A DNA stretch of 64,000 nt from assembly GCA_047495785.1 (NCBI GenBank), contig JBLDXI010000029.1, positions 2,542,001-2,606,000 of the forward strand, given 5' to 3'. The notes beneath the pieces are model-generated. The model was not told the DNA's origin. It saw only the letters and a list, made by a program, of their open reading frames with translations, and ran no database searches. This document shows, one piece after another, positions 24,957 through 37,917 of this stretch. This DNA comes from Lepidodermella squamata. Taxonomy: Eukaryota > Animalia > Gastrotricha. Position 1 is the stretch's first letter; each line of letters starts with the position of its first letter. Made by a program: the position numbers and the translations under genes.

Positions 24957-26420
24957 GGGTCTACATCATTCCATCGAACTAATAATTTCTTTCCGCGAAC
25001 CATTTTTACTTAAAACGTCGGAAATATATAAAAAGGGTTAAAACTAAATTAAACCATCGGAAAGTCATTTTACTGCATTATTGCATCGAAACATTAGCTT
25101 AATTTATCGGAACGCGATCTTAATTTATCGGAACATGAGCTTTCGGAATTTGGAATGCGCGGGAACTGATTTGAAACAGCTCGCCATAGCATCATTCAAT
25201 CATTCTTTAGTTTTACTCTTCGATATTGGATTTTTCTAGAAAATATGAACTACTGATGATGAATAAGTAGAATCAGAAGCTTATGAGGATGGCATTTTCA
25301 TGATGAGGATGACATAGAGACTATTCCTCCTAGGTAGCTGCGCGTAGCGTAATAATTGAGTTGTACCTATAGCTCCGCTCTTTTTGGTCGCGCAATCATC
25401 TAGCTTTCATACTGTTGGCGAAGTTGAGTTTGATGATGAGGAGAACGGCCTTCATTCGCGAGGGGCTTATCAAGAATCATCTTCGTCTGGTTATATTACT
25501 ACGGCCATGGGGACTGTCATTATTGCGACAGTATTGCGACTGATGAGGCACTTTCACGTGAAAATAATGAATGGCCGCTAGCGGTTTGGAAATGTTAAGA
25601 TTAAGATTAAGGTAGATTAAGGTTAAGATTAAGGTATTTTCCGACGCTCATAAGTCAAATTGTAGCTTAAATTCAACGACTTGCTACCCGTTTTCAGCTC
25701 GCTTTAATACTCCAAGTACCACGTACCGATGTATTCCGACGGTTTCAGTCGAGTATTAGATGACCGTTGACAAGTGAAAATTTGGTTTTGGCGAACTTAC
25801 TATTTTTCTCTGCAAATCGCCAAAGCGGACTTAAAGGTGGCCATTCTTGAACTCTGATGATATAATATAATACAATACAATAAAAATAAGATAAGATAAC
25901 AGTTTTCTTAAGGATCTTGAATTTTCAAATTTCAGACTCCTAGTAAACTCCAAACTTCCATATTTAAGACCCAGGATCAGTTTGATTAGACCCGGAAACT
26001 TAGACCCGGGACACAAGGCTGATTCACCACATTATTTGAATTTCTAGCGAGAATCTAACCTCAGAGTATCCTAAAAAATGTCGATTTCTCGAAGCCTAAC
26101 CCGTGGACGCGGTCGAGCTGTTATCGTATACAAGAAGAGCCAACTGCTAGCATACGAGCTCAGGGCCGTGGGCATGATCAAGCTAGCCGCTTGCCGTGGT
26201 CGTGCTTGATTTTCAATTTATACTATAAACTATAATATTACCCCGTGAATCGTTTGGTAATTGGTGATTAAACGATATCTTAAACCATCGGAATAATATT
26301 TAAACGTTAAATACGAATTTCCGATGAATGTAGAATAAAAATTATATTTTGATGGTTCCGATGGTTTAAGTAAAAATGGTTCGCGGAAAGAAATTATTAG
26401 TTCGATGGTTTCATGTTACT
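24957..26420. mobile_element. Non-autonomous Mutator-like element (subterminal inverted repeats, 10-bp flanking direct repeat)
   Basis: 24971-25014 is the reverse complement of 26365-26408; tcgacgcgcc flanks both ends (24947-24956 and 26421-26430). Extreme termini are imperfect. Confidence 0.65.
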
Positions 26421-26546
26421 TCGACGCGCCACCCAGGCGATGGCACATAGTTCGATTTCAAGGCCCTAGCACTACAACAATATAACTATTTTCAAGCGGA
26501 AAAAATTGACTACGATTTCTGGATCCCACTGTTACCTTTTATATAA

Positions 26547-26958
26547 GGGTGTTGCTATTGGCACATAATTATGTGCCTCTTATTGGCTATTGGCACATAA
26601 CGCTAATTTCAATTTTCGATGTTTTAGAAAGTCACGCATCGAAATGTTCAACGAGTATGTATTTGATATTAGGGTTTTCGTCAACGGGGAATCGAATGGC
26701 GATATCGAAATTGCAGTCATGGGCCCGCAAATCGGGGTATCCGTCATCTAATGGGTAGCCCAAGTAGAGTATCTGAAGTCTATCGCACAGTTACGTGAAA
26801 TCCGACGATTCCAGTGAATTCGCCGCCCTTAGATTGCTAATGCAACGTTGAAATGCTGTTATCTGGGAATTAAACTCCCGAAAAAAGCAGTTGAATGAAA
26901 AATGTTATGTGCCAATAGCCATTAAGGGGCACATAATTATGTGCCAATAGCCACACCG
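26547..26958. mobile_element. MITE (Mutator-like), ~55-bp TIRs, 9-bp TSD tttatataa
   Basis: gggtgttgctattggcacataattatgtgcc.. matches the reverse complement of ..ggcacataattatgtgccaatagccacaccg; tttatataa at 26538-26546 and 26959-26967. Confidence 0.8.
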
Positions 26959-27317
26959 TTTATATAAACCGAAAACTAGTCATATGGCTTTTCCTTAATG
27001 TTTCCAGCTCGAACTTCATTAGAAAATAAGCATGAAAAGTTAAAATTGTGTACCTATTAATGTATGAAAGATTTCACTGGTGCAGTCCTAAATTAATTAA
27101 TTAATTAAGTAATTATACCTAATTAATTTATTTTATTTAATACTAGTGCTATTATTACCTATTTCAATTTCATCGCTATTAATATTTGTATCATTTGACT
27201 AGTCATATGCAGGCCTGTGGCTGTAAAATTAAATGAATTTTATAATAATTTCTCATTAGACACATGTACCTAGATGCTTGTTTTTTGGACGCCTGCAGAC
27301 GTTAGGTTTAGGCGTTG

Positions 27318-27572
27318 GAATAGAAACACGCATGCGCCATGTCCAGAACGCGTACAAAAATAAATACTGCAGAAAAAGTTCTTGCGTAAGATTTTAATCT
27401 TTGTACCCATTTTGGACACGCGTTGGAATAGTAGGTAACGCTCCTCGCACCTGCAGCCGTCCAAAACGCGTACAAAGATTAAAATTTTACGCTAGAACTT
27501 TTTCTGCAAAAATAATAAGGCATTTATTTTTGTACGCATTTTGGACGCGCAGACGTGAGGAGTGTTTCTATT
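27318..27572. repeat. Foldback/long imperfect inverted repeat (MITE-like)
   Basis: Arms aatagaaacac..gtccagaacgcgtacaaaaataaat..gcagaaaaagttcttgcgtaagattttaatctttgtac and their complement 27459-27572. Confidence 0.7.
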
Positions 27573-27713
27573 GAAGAAGGTGATTGTTTTGGAATTCACT
27601 AAATTAATCACGAATTACGTGGGCCGTTCTTGCTTAAAATCGAAAGAAAACAGCTCAATGCACAATTTTTATGAACGCAACTTTTCAATTTAATAAAATA
27701 TTTTTGTACGAAA

Positions 27714-28276
27714 ATGTTTAACCCGTATTTTGTCTCGCTGGTAATTGTTGCTGCTTACTGCTTCTGTTTTGCTTCAGCTGCGGGTAAGAATTATTAATTG
27801 TTTTTCGCGATGCATTGATTGGCAATTGCGATATTGCGGCATAGATTTAGGATTTAACCCGCTAAAATGCATATCCCACGACGAAACTGCTGACTCGGAA
27901 CTGACACTGCCAACACCGAATGATCGATGCTATGGATCTTTCTGTTTCAAAAGTACAAGAACGTCCAAAAATGGCTCGTTCACTGCGCGAGGATGTGCGG
28001 CTAAATGCACCGGTTCGCCGAAATTTTCTGGTTTGTTTGTCAGAATTTAACAGAAGTTTTTAATCATAGAGGGTGAACTGCTGGCAACATCAAAAACCAG
28101 AATATCAACTTATTGCTGCATGTGGCCGTATGTTTGCTATATTGGTCATTTACATTTTCTCATTTGATCATTACCATGTTGTCCTTAGAGATCTATGCAA
28201 TACTGGCAGCTTGCCGAAAGTCATGCCCGGTCTTTTGGCCCTTGTCCTGTTGTTTCTGGTGGCATTACGACACTGA
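27714..28276 (+). CDS. Ly6/three-finger GPI-anchored protein, copy 2 (4 exons)
   Basis: Paralogue of 24134-24672: LKCISHDETADSEL..RCYGSFCFK..RGCAAKC..YCCMWPDLCN + hydrophobic tail. Confidence 0.8.
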
Positions 28277-30170
28277 ACTAGCACAGCCTGGCCTACGATT
28301 CCCAACCATAGCAGTGTGTATTGTCAACGCAACTGGTAGCCGTTGGATTTCAAAATTTAGAGATTTATTATGACACTGCATAATTGATGAAACAAGGATT
28401 ATTTTGTGGCTAGAGTTCGGAAAATATTTAGCTCAGCCCTCACCCCAATATGAGAATAAAATCGGGAGTGAATATCGGGCTACAAAAAATAAGACTTGAT
28501 GGCATCTGACTTGAAATGTTCCGAAGCCAATAGTTTCGTCAAATTGTTTAATTATGATCTGGAAAGTTGTGGAGAACGGGAAAGAAGGTTTGGAACGCAG
28601 GAAGATGCACAAATCTTATTCGTCTAGCTTATTAAAACAGTTTACGCTTTTCGGCTATTATGTCAATAGGATAAAATACTGATGAGAATTCATTTATTTT
28701 TAGCCATAATTTCAATTTGCTGAGAATTTTCTCTCGTACTAAGTTGGCTAGGGTCGCGGATCTAAGGAAACCTCAGGGTTCCAATCAAACACAGGCAATG
28801 GTCGAAGTTTGAATATCGATATTTGAACCTTGGGTTTCGGATAAAATTATAAACAGATCCGTGATTTTGACACCTCATGTTCCTCGATATTTCACTGTCA
28901 TTCGAGCCAAGTTTCCACCGAACTTGAAAGTGACATTTCGTTTGACATTTTGCTGCTCGAATTTGGTTCCTATGTAGTTGAAACACCGCGAGACCGTGAG
29001 ACTTAGCTGATGGCTTTCAAGTGACCTTCAATTATTTCAAATTCAAAAAGGTTGCTACCGAAGATCAAAAATTCTGGGTACATGAAGTTTGAAGAAAAAG
29101 CCCCGCTCTGCCTCAAATTTATCGTTTCTTGATCGGAGTTTGACAACTATAAGCTCGAAATTATAACTGCTGAATAAGAGATTCAAAGATCCTTCATGCG
29201 ACCAAGCTAATTAACTACACGATAGACCTCGTCCTTTTTAGTGTATCCGATAGAAAAAAACAACATTTTACAATGAAGACTCGAAATTAGCCGTTACGAC
29301 AATGCTGGGGTAACAAGGCGCTGGAGTTAACATTAACAGAGTTTTCCCCGTCACTATACAAACAGCTACAGTGAAAAATTGCCTCAAGTTGCCTCAAGGT
29401 TTTGCTGCTGTTAGTTGTTCATGAACAACAAATACAACAGACGCCAACAGAACGTGGATTAAGAGCATTTACGTGGGTTGCAGGTGACAGAATCATGAAG
29501 ATGGTGGCGAGATAGCAAGATGGCAGTGACCTGAGCGATCTAATAGATGCGCGTGGAGAAGGAGACAGGGCAACAATAAAATCAAGCACGGATTAATGCG
29601 CACCCGCAGTCCGAATGTGTCAACTTTTTTGTACGGATTACAGCTAAATTGTAACGAGCGAAATTATTTGTAACCTTATTTATGTCACCTTATAGCTATT
29701 GCTGTTCTGCTGCTGTTTGAAGACTGAATTGAAAATTACGGCTGAATGTAAGAAAAATGTCGCGTGTAATTCATTGGTCTCAGATTTTTTATCCGGAATT
29801 TTTAAATTCTGAAATATTGAAACTTATCAGCCGTGTGCGGATTTTACTGTTTTTAAATTTACAACTGGCAAAATTCGGTTCAGTGCCGATTCTTTGGAGT
29901 TGGGCGTTGGGCGCTATAACAGCAGCTAATGCCGTGTGACGTAAATTAAATGCGCTTTTCGAGCAAATGATCGCCTTAAATGCGAATAAGCCGCCTAAGA
30001 ACATGCCCACGTATAAATTCTAGCTTCGAATACCTTCGAGCTTTCTCTCGGAAAATTTCGACTAATAGAAACAACAGCGCGGAAAAAACCTACCATATTT
30101 AATTAATTTTCGATAACTTCCCCATATTTCACCTTATACTCCCAAGGTTTAAATAACACTTTACAACGAG

Positions 30171-30716
30171 ATGCAAATGTCTTGGGTTTCATTGGGCGTT
30201 TCGATTGGCTTGTTATGCTGCGTTGCCCAAGCAGCAGGTAAAAGTTTAGATATTTTGAAAAAATATGTGTACCTAACATCAATTTTCAGTATTTACGCCA
30301 CTTAACTGCTTAGCACACGAAGAAATTTCAAATTCAGAGTTCGAGGTTCCGACAACTGCCAGCAAATGCATCGGTGCCTTTTGTTACAAAACAACGAAAA
30401 TAACAAGGAACAGCTCGACTTCGGGCAGAGGATGTGCAGCTAAATGCACAGGTATGAGTCACATTTATTAAACAATTAATATTGCAAACATTTGAATGGC
30501 TGTAAAACAGAGGGCGAACTGCAATCAACTTCAGGCATTCGTATCATTACATACTGCTGCAATTTAGCGTACGTTTCGGTATCGATAATTAAGTTTTAAA
30601 GAGCTATTTTTGTTTTCAGAGATAATTGCAATCACGCAAGTTCAGTGAGCCTTGAAACCATCCTTTTGCCTGCTTCGATTCTTACTTTCATTTTCGGCGC
30701 CATTCTACTGAAGTAA
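30171..30716 (+). CDS. Ly6/three-finger GPI-anchored protein, copy 3 (4 exons, more divergent)
   Basis: MQMSWVSLGVSIGLLCCVAQAA; LNCLAHEE..KCIGAFCYK..GRGCAAKC; YCCNLA-DNCN; hydrophobic tail; same intron positions. Confidence 0.78.
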
Positions 30717-30879
30717 CCAACACAATTCAGCTATGAAATGATCAATTAACCTATCAAAAACTGATATTTTTTACTATACTTTTCGCGGTAAATGTCCCTT
30801 TGATTCATACGATGAAGATCGTTTTTCGAATAAATTATCATAGCCGAGTGAAAGTTGAATCACTGATTTTCAGTTGTTC

Positions 30880-30929
30880 AAAAATATGGAACGCTTCACG
30901 ATTTTGCGTGTCATCCTTGCGCAGGGGCC

Positions 30930-30968
<39 letters not shown>

Positions 30969-30985
30969 CCAATCCGAAGATTGAC
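30880..30985 (-). ncRNA. U6: U6 snRNA, copy 2
   Basis: Matches copy 1 over the 106-nt body, with conserved upstream blocks. Confidence 0.97.
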
Positions 30986-31240
30986 AATAACGAAGACTCA
31001 GACCAGCTATTTGAACGAAATCCGCGCTGTAGTACATTTTCAAGTGATCTGATTTGAATATTCATAATTCGCGTTTCAATTGGAAATAAGAGAAATTAGC
31101 CAGTTCGTCGCTAGAAACGAGCTGGCTGTCTCAAAATAAAAAGGCCATTAGAGATAGTATCAACTTTATTTCAGTTTCAGACTTGGGAATAAATTATCAT
31201 TGTAGAAAGCAATTTCAACACCTTCCTTTCTGAAATGTTT

Positions 31241-31816
31241 TTATTTAGCGGGAGCAGCACCGGTCTCGACGGCAACCGAGTAGGAGAAGTTGTTTGAAGC
31301 CGAGTAGCTGCCGCTCTTGCTGCCCTTGCGACCCTTCTTGCCGTGCTTGCCTCCAAACTTCTTGCCACCGTGCTTTTTGCCACCGAATTTCTTGCCGCCC
31401 TTCTTGTTGTAGCCGCCGAAGGAGCCCGATCGCGAGAACGAGCCGGACATGGATCCGCGCTTGTGCACGCGCATGAACTTCTTGGTGGAGACCTTGCGGG
31501 TGTGCTTGTTCGTGCGGGCCGACACCGACGCGGACACGGACTTGGAGAACGAGGCACGGCGGTGCTTGCGCCCAGCGACGAAGGCCTTCTTGGCCGGGCG
31601 CTTCTTCACCGCGTGCTTCTTCGGCTGCCGGTTGTACGACACGCTGATCGAGACGCTCTTCGAAACACTTTTGCCCTTATTTCCGCGACCAGCCTCGGCT
31701 TGGGAGAAGGCTGAAAGTATTAGATAAATTAGCAAGATTATTGAACTAATCTATGACTTGAAAGATTTACCGAGGGCCAAAAGAACGACAGCAGCCAAAG
31801 CGAAAGCAGCACGCAT
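31241..31816 (-). CDS. Secreted basic Lys/Gly/Ser-rich protein, copy E (exons 31771-31816 and 31241-31710)
   Basis: MRAAFALAAVVLLAL + intron + AFSQAEA|GRGNKG...; intact frame. Confidence 0.88.
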
Positions 31817-33247
31817 CTTTATGGTTTTGATTGAGAAGGAGAGGATAAATAGTTCGAATGGAACTGGATTGATGCCATTTCTCTATATCTCGTCGAGATT
31901 ATATAGCGTCAGAACCATTTTTCGAAGCGTAGCTTATAATGACGCTCCTAATGGGGTGCTGATCATTGAAATTCTCATAATGAAAGTTACATCTGAAAGG
32001 TTATTTTGTCAGTCAGATTAAAAAAGGCAAGGCATCGAAACCTTAGAAGCGTTTAGCACTATTGCACCGTTTTGGAAATTATTTTATCCGACCAAGTTTC
32101 TGTGAACATTGATTTATGGAAATCACACCCTAAATTTATGGTTTCAGCTACGAATTTCAGTTTTAAACACTAGAATTTCTCATCATGGATTTTCAAGTTT
32201 CACGCCTTCCTGATCTTCGGATCTCACTATTCCGCGCATTATTCGCTGGTTTAGCGATCAGTTTACGAGTCAAAATCTAAGGAATATAGAGGAATTTTGA
32301 AATTTAAGCGGAAACAAATATTTCGACCAATTTCGACCCCAAAATTATAAACCGAAATGGTCAATCAATGGTCGCATAATCAAGATACATTTTTTATTTT
32401 TAATCATCTCTTGAAATGCCAAGTCAGCAGACTACTACACAAAAATTTGCAAAAAATCACAATAACACCGAATAAGATTCACGTATTATACAGGTCTCAG
32501 AGTGAAAGATGAACGCAAAGCTCAAAAGTTTCGACTCTAACCTTGTCAAAGGAATCTATTCGGAAATGAACGGTTATGATGCTATAGCGATTTTCCCGAA
32601 GTGTGGTGGGAAATCCGCTGAAAAACGCCCTAATTTTAGCTGTAAAAGTAGGATCCTACTAAGCTCGTACTTAGGTCTCAGGAGACTGACCTTTCAGAGC
32701 ACGTATCAGGTTAGCACGTATAATGCTAAATGTTGACAAATGAGAGAAAAATCTGAGAAAAATTATAGCCAGTTTTTACAAGTTCGAGTGAGAATAGTGA
32801 GAATAGTGAGAAGTTTTGTGATTTTGCATCGCGCGAGGAAAGCTGCAATTACGCAATAAAAGGACGCGCAAGGAGCAATTGCGCGTAAATTCAACCAGAA
32901 AATAGGAGCGCGCGCGCGGAGGAAACACCGGCGGGCCGGAAAATGTGCGAGAATTTTGATGAGAATAGTAAGAGGAACAATTGAGAAATCAAAAGAAGAC
33001 ACCAGTTATCATGAGACCCCAATGAGGGCCGGATAAAAGAAACCACACGTGGCAAATAGCTGCTAACGATTCATTTCATGCTTATTCATATTAACCGCAT
33101 TCATTCATTCCTTATTCATTATAACCATGAATTGAATGAATAACCTCTGCTATGAAATGAATCAATAGCGCAGCTATTTGCCGCAAAAACGTTGCGTTGT
33201 TGCAAGTCTGATATATTAATTCGGTTTAAAAGTATTGCAACGACAAA

Positions 33248-35069
33248 ATGATGAGCCAAAATTTGGTTTACACCTCCTACGACACTTTCTCGAGAGACCT
33301 GAACTCCTGGAGATGGGACGCTTTCAGATTTCTGGACATGGAAGGTCGGGCGCAGTTTGAAAGAAAGAAAAAGCCGTATTGCTTCCATTTTGTACAGAAT
33401 CTTACAATGAAGACGCAGCTCGCGTTGTAATTACCTTCAAGTATTACGAAGCTTTCCTGCAAGACTTTGGCAAGGAAATTTTCGGGGTAAAGTTAAACAC
33501 TGGCAACCCGTTCATCTTCAGAGTTAAATCGTCTGAAATCAATCCGCAAGCAGTACCACTCTGGAATATATTCAAAACCAAGGCATTCAGGTAAAGTTAA
33601 GCTCATAACTCACGCCCTTGATAAAATTGTTTCCTACGGAATGCTCAACCCCTCAAAACAAATAAACTGTAACATTAGTTTCACTAGATCAACAGGTCCC
33701 TAAATATCTTTCATATTTTCACACCTCCTATGCCTAAAGCGAGGGGGTACTACAATTATTTAGCTACCGAAAAGACGTCAAAATTTGGACGGGCTGAGTT
33801 TGGACATTCGAGCCTTGAGCTTTCCGACGGTATCAAATTGGATACATCTTTCTCGCATTTTAAATTTATGAAAATTTACCGAAGCTGTGCCACTATCATA
33901 TGCGTTTTGGGAGCCTCCTTGCCATAGGTAAACCCGGGATCCGTCAGAGCTGGGCTTTTTACTCCATGACCAGCAAATGAGCGTCCAACTTCAAACCTAA
34001 TTGTCCAAATTTATGCATAACTAAAATCAATTTTTAAAATCAGATCCCAAATTATAGGAAAAATTCAGCTAATTCCAAAATGACAGCGCGAAGGCTCTGC
34101 AGTTTTGCCAGAAAAATTAATTAACTCGACCTTATTTTTTAGAGTTAAAAAAACTTGTTAGAGTTAAAAATTAAGAACGTTTACGATCTTTTTCCAGTGA
34201 AATTTTCACAAACGATCAAAATCCATGCAAACAGCAGCTGACTTTGCAAAACGGAAAAGATAAGGACAGCCGTTTCAGCTTACTCTGCGCGGAATTGACT
34301 CCACCTCAAAACCTTTGCTGGTTCGACTGGCATTGCTTTTTTTACGGCGTCCGCTGTGCGTTGGGGCACGGAGACGCAGAAGAAACTCTCTTTCGGGGAT
34401 GCTTACCTCAAGATCGAAGGGTTAAAATTAGACAGGTATTTATAACTTTACTCTTTCTTGTCAAAACTCAACGATAGCAAGTAGGCTTTGAATGCAGTCG
34501 TCTCCAACGGCATACTATGCGGGTATCAAAGCACAGAGAACAGGATTGCATTCATAGAGAATCTTATCAAACGGCTGCCGTTTTTGGGCACGATGTTGAC
34601 GTGGAAATCTTCTAAACCAAAACGGAAAAAGTACGCACAATATTCTCGTCTGGGAGGGACGCTAGCTGTAATCGGTCAAACTTCAGCTGTTGTTTCCGTT
34701 GGCATTTTTGCCGCTTTGCTGCGACTTGAGCCAAAGTCATTCGTCCGTGCTCAAAAAGTTGCACTCGGGCTGGGCATAGCACTCGGCACTGCGACGTACG
34801 CTTTCGGATTTCAAGTGAAACGGACATTTGGAGAGCTGGCTAGAAATCGAGAAGCAGGTCTTCATCAGTGGCGGTGGGCGAAAGACATGCTGGCAATGCT
34901 TGATTACGCCGAGTTGATGTTGAAGGAGAAAAACCCGAAAACCTATGACAGGCAGCGCTTTTCCTACGCCGTCAAGTTCTGGATGCCACAAATGTTGTAC
35001 GCTCTTGCGACGACGTTGATGAACAAAGTGAAAAACGAGGACAAGCGCTTACGGGCAAATATACCTTAA
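33248..35069 (+). CDS. Orphan ~370-aa protein with two C-terminal hydrophobic helices, copy 1 (exons 33248-33344, 33398-33590, 34198-34435, 34485-35069)
   Basis: Four short ORFs join in frame through GT-AG introns of phase 1, 2 and 0; hydrophobic LGGTLAVIGQTSAVVSVGIFAALL and VALGLGIALGTATYAFGF. No family recognised. Confidence 0.65.
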
Positions 35070-35113
35070 TCAGTAGATTAGATTTGAGCGTTCTGTTTGA
35101 GTCATTTTTGTTT

Positions 35114-36796
35114 TGTGGCGGTGACACCTTTAATAAATAGCACGTGTCACGCCACGAATTGTTATTTCTGTCTGGCGTCTGGCGTGATGCCATTCCGCCT
35201 ATAAAAAGGCCTACCTTGATACGTTTAGATCATCTACCGTTTCGGCATAGACAATGATGTAACAGATCGGACACTCACGCACTTGCCTGTTGTCGTTAAA
35301 CCATAAATTTGCACACTAATTTTAATGCATTGATTTAAAAGGTGGAAAAATAAGCATATCTCCAAAAATTTTGAAATTTTTATGGAAAGAATCTCCGTCT
35401 TTCAAGGTTTCTAAAGATCAAAGGCTCATCGCGCGATTCGATGCCGTTGATTTTTAAATTGAAAAACAAAAATTTGCATTAAAATTTATTTGTTGAGTCC
35501 TTATTTCATTTTTTTTCGCGTGGCCACATGTTTTTTTCACGAAAACACAAGCATTTGGCACCATGCTGTTTTATTTATTTATCTCTCAAGACATGATTCA
35601 GTTAAAAATCATCGTATAATTTAGTGAACTATCAAGCTAGATAGCAACAAGTCATAGTTTTCTGGTGCTTTTCTGGGTTGGTTCGCGAGATTTCAGGCAA
35701 GCGATGGAATTAATACGATTAAACCATAGGCCGGGTACACCGGGTCGTTTTCGGGTTTAAATCGCTGCAAGCATATGTAAGTAGCTCGCAGTGGCCTTCG
35801 ACTCGGCCCGATTTGTGAAATCCTGATGCTTGGCGACCTTTAAAAGAATTGATAATGATAAGAACAAGCGGTGCAAAGTTGAATTAAACAGAATTTAAAC
35901 TAATTTTAATTTTAATTATTTTATAATGTGTTTAGTATTCATGTTCTGGATTTCAATAATGAAATTGATTTTTCCGGCATTTTTGGAAATGTTAGAAATT
36001 TTCAAAAATAAATTTTCAATATTTCAGAAATTTTCAAAAATAAATTTCGATAAATGTTCACTACCTTTGTTAGTAAGGGAGGGTGGCTCACCATCATTCG
36101 TCTCGTCGCCGTTGACGAAATGATCGAAATTTGCTCTGAATCACAGTTTTTCTCTGCAAAGCCTAGAAGACTAAAATTCGGATGAAAAAAGCCTACATAG
36201 TTTCGAGAAATTAAGGTGGATTTTAATTACATGGAGATTTTTTATGTAAAATTCCTCCTTAAAAGTTGAATTAGAATATTTCCTGCCGTTTCTGCTAATG
36301 GGACTCATAATCCAAGTGTGTGCAATCAGAGCAGTTTTTCTCACTACTATAGTCTTTTTCTTCGAAATTCCAATGAGTAATGATTACGCAACACAGCTTT
36401 ACAGTGTGCAAATAATCGATTTTTCGATATTGATTTTCTCGATAACGAAGCCGATTCGCGCGACAGGGTTTGGTCCATTATGACCGTCAAAAAATGCCTG
36501 ATTTTTTGATATTTTTTCCAAGAATTTATGAGATATGCTTTTTTTCGGCCAAATTTATAATGGCCGATCCACGGTACAAAGTTCATAATTAAATTTCAAT
36601 GCGAAGTGTGTGAGTGTCCGATCTGTAACATTATTGTCTATGCGTTTCGGAGATCATAAAGTAGCTTAGCTCTAGCCTTAATAAAATGCCTTAGTTTCGT
36701 AACTTCCGAAGTGTGTTTTTGCCCAATCATCCTAACATCAAACAAGTCGGGTCGTCGGTCATGATCCCGTGATCGCGAGAACCCGTCACCGTTACA
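35114..36796. mobile_element. Solo LTR (~280 bp net of the nested insertion), 5-bp TSD TGTTT
   Basis: Termini TGTGGCGGTGAC...GTCACCGTTACA; TGTTT on both sides (35109-35113 and 36797-36801); the paralogous site near 42684 has a single TGTTT; internal CTATAAAA and AATAAA. Confidence 0.8.
35246..36642. mobile_element. Non-autonomous TIR element (P- or hAT-like; CATAGAC TIRs, 8-bp TSD) nested in the solo LTR
   Basis: ~40-bp TIRs CATAGACAATGATGTAACAGATCGGACACTCAC and complement ending GTCTATG; TSD cgtttcgg at 35238-35245 and 36643-36650. Confidence 0.85.
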
Positions 36797-37917
36797 TGTT
36801 TGATTTGTTTTCAATTCGCTCACAACTGCAACAAAATAGGGCAAGGGACGTCATTTTGACGTCATCAAAGCATTCAAAACTGTCAAATCTAATCCACTGG
36901 AAATAATAAGATATCTCTCTATGTCTATGCCTTGAACCCCTGAACCCTTGAATAATTAAGTAAACGACAACATCAATATTGGGACAAACGCATTGACTAA
37001 GCCGTCAAAGGTTTTCGAAAGCTCTCGAATCGCTTTTTCAGAAAGAACGGATATTTTTATTCGGTCAAGATTCAGTCGAGTCATCGCAAGCTTGAAGCTT
37101 GAAGCGAGCCATTCGGAGTCGAAATAAACTTGTCTGTGTTCACAAAAAAAAGATCTTTTTTACTACATATTTTGGCAAAAGTCTCTAACCTTTGATGCCA
37201 TAAAACTTTTTAGTCGCGATTTTTCACGTAGGGCTGAATGGCTTTGTCCAAATACAAATTAATGTATAAAAGAAAAATATATTATACAATTCAAACTGCA
37301 TCGAAAAGTCAGAATTTGGTAGTTAGAAAAATCACGTTTTGAATTCTATGTAAAAATCGCGTAGTTACAAAGCATCATTTCAATGTAATTTTAATTCCAT
37401 TGATTTTCACCGCAGTTTGCACTCCACTTTTTAGCATCAAGGTATTGGATTCACCACGATTCTTCAAAACAATAAACTGATAATTAATGACCGTGGTCAC
37501 TCTCAAACAATTTCTCCACTTTTTAGATATAAAAATACGTTTTTACATGTAATTTTGTGGGTGTAATGTCGATAAAATTCCAGTTGATTTCAATTTCACC
37601 TTGTTACATGTAAACTATTCACTTAACATCGATGAATTTCGGCTCAATTCTTCGTGGAAGCACGACATTATACCAGGTAAAAACAAGCGCCATCTAGCTA
37701 CATCCGCCATTACATGTCGAAAATGCGTCTTTACCTGTAAAAATGTCGGCTTTGCAGCTAATGCCGCCCAGTTTTTTCTGTGCGGGAATGACCTCAATTC
37801 TCTGCCCACTTTTCAAAACTTTCGGAATTTTTACTTTCAAAATGCTCTTTGTGAAACAAAAATTACTTTGAAAATAAAAAGAGGCTTCAGCTGATTTGAG
37901 AAAGTGTAAACTGCTGC

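Noticed and set aside
25593-25634. TTAAGA/TTAAGG short tandem run resembling telomeric repeat
   Set aside because: Short, degenerate and inside a TIR element.
28760-29460. Possible decayed DNA-transposase remnant (YDNAG-like peptide near 29295)
   Set aside because: Too fragmentary; no continuous frame or termini.
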